This document shows, in pieces, positions 59,861 to 64,000 of a stretch of DNA of 64,000 nt. The stretch spans positions 135,544,463-135,608,462 of the forward strand of contig NC_052158.1 in assembly GCF_902713615.1 (NCBI RefSeq), given 5' to 3'. Below the pieces are notes generated by a model that was not told the origin of the DNA, ran no database searches, and worked only from the letters and a program-made list of their open reading frames with translations. Source of the stretch: Scyliorhinus canicula (Eukaryota). Within the stretch, counting starts at the first letter, position 1. Each line of letters starts with the position of its first letter. The translations under genes were made by a program, and so were the position numbers.

Positions 59861-60387
59861 AGACCCCCCACGAATGCATCAAGCATGCAGCTCACAATGC
59901 CCTCCTTAATTGCCCTTAAGCAGGTCGTGTTGGGCCGGCTTCTTGAACCTCTACAATACACGGGGTGTAGGTGAACCCACAGTGTTTCTCGGAAGAGATT
60001 TCCAGGTTTTGCACCCAGTAAGAGTGAAGGAAAGGCAATACATTTCCACATCAGTAAGGTCTTCGAGGGGAATTTGAAAGAGATGGTGTTTCCATATATC
60101 TGCTGCTCTTTTTCTTCTTGGTGGAACAGGATCATGGGTTTGGAAGGTACTGTCAACGAAGACCTGGCAAGCTGCTGCAGTGCACCTTGTAGATCGTACA
60201 TACTGCTGCCCCTAATTGTCAGTCATGGAGGGAGTGAATGTTTAAGGTGGTGATTGGTGATTGGGTTGCCGATCAAGCAGGCTTCTCTTTCCTGGATGGT
60301 GTTGAATTTTTTGAGTACTATTGGAACTGCACTTATCCAGGCAAGTGGAGAGTAGTCCATCACGCTCCTGACTTGGGTCCTATAGAG

Positions 60388-61522
60388 CAGTGTTTTTCAA
60401 ACTTTTTTTTCCCGGGACTCACTTTTGCCAACCGTCCGATCTTCACAACCCATGCCGGCCGACCTGAGTGACCCACGCCATGTTTGCGTACCTTTGCAAA
60501 AATGCAAAAGCAGAGCTTGCTTTGTCCTCACAATCTCACTTGAACAAGTTCAAAGGAGAAGAGGGCAATGTGTATATCAGGTGCAGACTTCAACCAGATC
60601 CTTTGCACATGTAGGTCATCGTGAAGGACAATAGCAACAAAATGCATGTTTTACTCAGCACTTGAAACTCCTGGGAGATACTACACCAGAATGCTGACAG
60701 CCTTGTGGGCTTTTGGCATGTTTTTAATGTGGCATTACAGGTCAGCTACTGCAGCGTAGTCTTTTAATTTGGAGCCATCTCTTAGTTAATAACTAACTCT
60801 GGTATCTCAACCTGAAAAGGAATTTTTAACCCGCCACTTCCCTTTCAAAATGGGAAACTTCTCCTCTCATTTACCAGTACTTCCCTGCATATAACACACT
60901 TGGGCTTTGCATCCTTATTTGCATTGACACAATTGACAAAATCGTACCTCAAGAAATCATTTTTGTACTGCTTTGTTCCCGAGTTGAGTTTCTTCTTTGT
61001 AGACTGTTAACCAGAGGCCCTGGAGCTCCGTACAGAGATAACACTAGCACTGCTCTGTCCTGCCTTGGACTCTCCTGAGCAACTCTCTGCAGTAGATTCT
61101 GTTCTGAGATCCTGTCCGATAGGCAAACTGCCTATTTGAGTCTGGTCGTCTCTTACTTTTAGTAAAACTATTAATCTTCACAGTTCACTTGCCTTGCATG
61201 CCAGCAGCTGGAAAATAGAAGCCATCACTGCTTCATGATTTGGCACCAAAAGCACGTACCTGGAGGATTCTTGACAATAAGTGTGCATTCAGGGCACATG
61301 ACCTGCTCTCTGCTGCCAGATTCTGGCCAGGAGACTCCACACAGCCATATTTATTTCCATTTAAAGGCAGCCATTCTCGACGTAAAAGCCAGTACTGGCT
61401 CTTGCGCACTTGGCCCACGACCAGAACTACCATGAGAATGGCACAACCAATCACTCCACGAACGTCCTGAAACCCGCCTGCGAACCACCCATGGGTCACA
61501 ACCCGCACTTTGCAAAACCCTG
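60388..61522. mobile_element. Non-autonomous hAT (Charlie-like) element inserted in a minus-strand LINE (59905-62190)
   Basis: TIR CAGTGTTTTTCAAA / TTTGCAAAACCCTG; degenerate 8-bp TSD CTATAGAG vs CTGTAAAT; GACCCA subterminal motifs; host is the reverse complement of the 36455 family. Confidence 0.75.
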
Positions 61523-62323
61523 CTGTAAATGATGGACGCACTCTGGAGAGTCAGCAGGTGGGTTACTCCTGTAGAATATCCAGCCTCTGATTTGCTCTTA
61601 TGGCCAAAGTTTTTATATGACAAGTCCAGTTATGCTGCTAGTCAGTGGCAGGATGCGATGGTGGGGACTTAGAAAAAGTAATGCCATTGAACATCAAGGG
61701 GAGATGGTTAGATTCTCTCTTATTAGAGATGGCCATTGCCTGGCACTGTCAAGCATGTATGTTATTTTCCACTTATTTGTCCAAGCTTGAATGTTGGCCA
61801 GTTCTTATTGAATATGTACACGGACTGCTTCAGTATCTGAGGGGTTGTGAATGGGACTGACCACTGTTCAATCATCAATGGACATCCACTCTTCTGGCTT
61901 TATGTTAAGTCCATTGATGAAACAACTGAAGATGGTTAGGTCACCGCCCTGAGGAACGTCTGAACTGATGTCCAGGGGTTGAGATGGTTTACCTCTAACA
62001 GTCACAGTCAATGTGTTGTGTTTGATTGCAACCAGTGGAAACCCACCCCCTCACCCCGATTCTCATTGACTTCAATTTTGCTAGGGCTCCTTGATGCCAC
62101 ACTCAGTCAAATATTGTTTTCATGTCAAGGGTAGTCATTTTCACCTCATTATTTGTTTCAGCTCTTTTGGGCTGTAAAGAGGTTTAGAGGAAATTAGATG
62201 GAGGTCTTCAAAACCATGCAAGATCTGGACAGACTTCCATTGGAGCAAGGATCGAGAACCAGAGGACACTGATTTAAAATGTTTGGAAAAAGAACCAGAG
62301 GTGAAATGCGGAAAATTAGTTTA

Positions 62324-62509
62324 ACGTAACGAGTGGTTAGGATGTGGAATGCACTGCGTATCTGAGAGTGGGGTGGAGACAGATTACGTAACGAGTGGTT
62401 AGGATGTGGAATGCACTGCGTACCTGAGAGTGGGGTGGAGACAGATTACGTAACGAGTGGTTAGGATGTGGAATGCACTGCGTACCTGAGAGTGGGATGG
62501 AGACTGATT
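62324..62509 (+). repeat. 3 x 62-bp tandem repeat derived from a CR1 3' coding segment
   Basis: Units start at 62324, 62386, 62448 and are nearly identical. Confidence 0.95.
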
Positions 62510-62516
62510 CAATTCA

Positions 62517-63455
62517 GATTCAAAAAGAAAATGCTGGAAACTCTCAGCAGGTCTGGCAGCATCTATAGGGAGATAAAAGAGCTAACATTTCAAGTCCAGA
62601 TGACCCTTTGTCAAAGCTAAAGAAAGAGAAAGTGGGAAATATTTATACTGTGGAGTGAGAATGAAAGAAGAGTCATAGCCACAGAAACCCAGGGAAACGG
62701 GTGCTAATAGCCACAGTCTGCGTTTGGGTGATCGCTTTGCTGAGCATCTTCGGTCTGTGAGCATTCAGGACCCTGACCTTCCCGTTGCTTGCAATTTTAA
62801 CAGAAGACCCAGCTCCCATGCCCACATGTCTGTTCTTGGCCTGCTGCAATGTTCCAGTGAAGCTCTTCGCAAACTGGAGGAACAACATCTCATCTTCCGG
62901 TTAGACATGCAACAGCCTTCTGGTCTCAACATCGAATTCAACATCTTCAGATGATTAGCTCTACCTCACCTCGACCCATTTGTTTTCATCCCATTTAATT
63001 TTAACTGTCTTTTACCATCTCTTTCTCTCTTGTCTTTCTTTATATATGTTCACATCCCACCCCCCATCTTATCCACCTTTCGTTACCCTTTCTCCCCTTT
63101 GCCTCCCCCTTCCCCTCCCTCCACATCTATATCTGTCACAGTTTACCCTCTGATATTAGTTTCTCTGCAGTTTGGCCTTCCGTACTTTTTGTTCTCTCTG
63201 GGGACTGCCATTAGCATTCTTTCCCCTTGCTTTTTGTGGCTATTAGCACCCTGTTTCCCTGGGTTTCTGTGGATATGACTCATCTTTCATTCCCACTTCA
63301 CAGTATAAATATTTCCCACTTTCTCTGTCTTTAGCTTTGACAAAGGGTCATCTGGACTCGAAACGTTAGCTCTTTTCTCCCCTTTCAGTTGCTGCTGAGA
63401 TTTTCCAGCACTTTCTTTTTGGTTTCAGATTCCAGCATCCGCAGCAATTTGCTTT
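62517..63455 (+). mobile_element. Penelope-like element: inverted 5' pLTR copy (62517-62715), GIY-YIG C-terminus, 3' pLTR
   Basis: LGDRFAEHLRSV..RKLEEQHLIFRL..PSGLNIEFN*; 62517-62715 is the reverse complement of ~63235-63425. Confidence 0.92.
63333..63371 (+). ncRNA. Minimal type I hammerhead ribozyme motif (Penelope pLTR), U3-A8 variant
   Basis: AGCT-TTGACAA-A-GGGTC-ATCTG-GACTC-GAAAC-GTT-AGCT: stem I, core, stem II, palindromic ACGT stem III; activity not shown. Confidence 0.7.
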
Positions 63456-63858
63456 GACCCAATTCATAAGGAAATTGGATAATTATCTAAACAAAAAATA
63501 GCTTTGCAAGCTACGGGAAAAAGACATGGGAGTGGGACTAGCTGTGTTGCTTTCACAGAGAGCTAGCATGATGCAATAGGCCAAATGGCCCCCTTTGGCA
63601 TTGCAACCATTCTTATGATTTCACTATTCGATGAAAAGACTTCAATATTGGATGTGTGTATCATAGTGCCACCTAAAGGAACAATGGGTACTGCAGATAT
63701 AAAGAATTTTCAAAAAAACCCACACCCCACATCAGAAATGTACTGGCCCAGATTGTCTGGCTCCAGTAGCCTTGCCCTGGGCCCCGGACTGATGAAAATA
63801 CCTAAAGGCACCTGTAAACATTCAAAGCCACTTGTAATTACTTAAAGGCAAACTAATA

Positions 63859-64000
63859 GGAGCTGGTTTAGCACACTGGGCTAAATCGCTGGCTTTTAAA
63901 GCAGACCAAGGCAGGCCAGCAGCACGGTTCGATTCCCATACCAGCCTCCCTGAACAGGCGCCGGAAAGTGGCGACTAGGGCTTTTCACAGTAACTTCATT
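63859..64000 (+). mobile_element. Short tRNA-SINE (18975 family), cut by window end
   Basis: Matches 18975-19115. Confidence 0.88.

Noticed and set aside
62324-62509. CRISPR-like regular repeat
   Set aside because: No unique spacers, eukaryotic context, and the unit is CR1 coding sequence.

Overview
Eukaryotic, repeat-rich genomic DNA, most likely from a shark or other cartilaginous fish (inferred from HE1/V-SINEs, Deu-SINEs, CR1, Rex/Babar and Penelope families). The window is the interior of one + strand type IV collagen gene of the alpha1-like class, best match COL4A3. I found 21 GT-AG exons (2195..57781, equivalent to human exons 5-25) that splice into an open 1440-nt / 480-codon Gly-X-Y frame running from the 7S domain into the main helix; the start and the NC1 domain lie outside the window. 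About 97% of the span is intron filled with transposons: a decayed Mag-type Gypsy element in a four-level nest, solo LTRs, CR1/L2/Rex LINEs, two Penelope elements with hammerhead ribozyme motifs, several SINE families, a hAT element, and many GC-rich PIF/Harbinger MITEs with decayed Myb/SANT helper genes. The most notable items are a sense-strand minimal hammerhead with a compensatory U3-A8 core plus its own inverted copy, an 82-bp near-perfect LTR-derived hairpin just after exon 19, and lineage-specific changes in the collagen chain. I see no evidence for a wholly new gene system. Human exon sizes and paralog sequences used for comparison are recalled, not searched.
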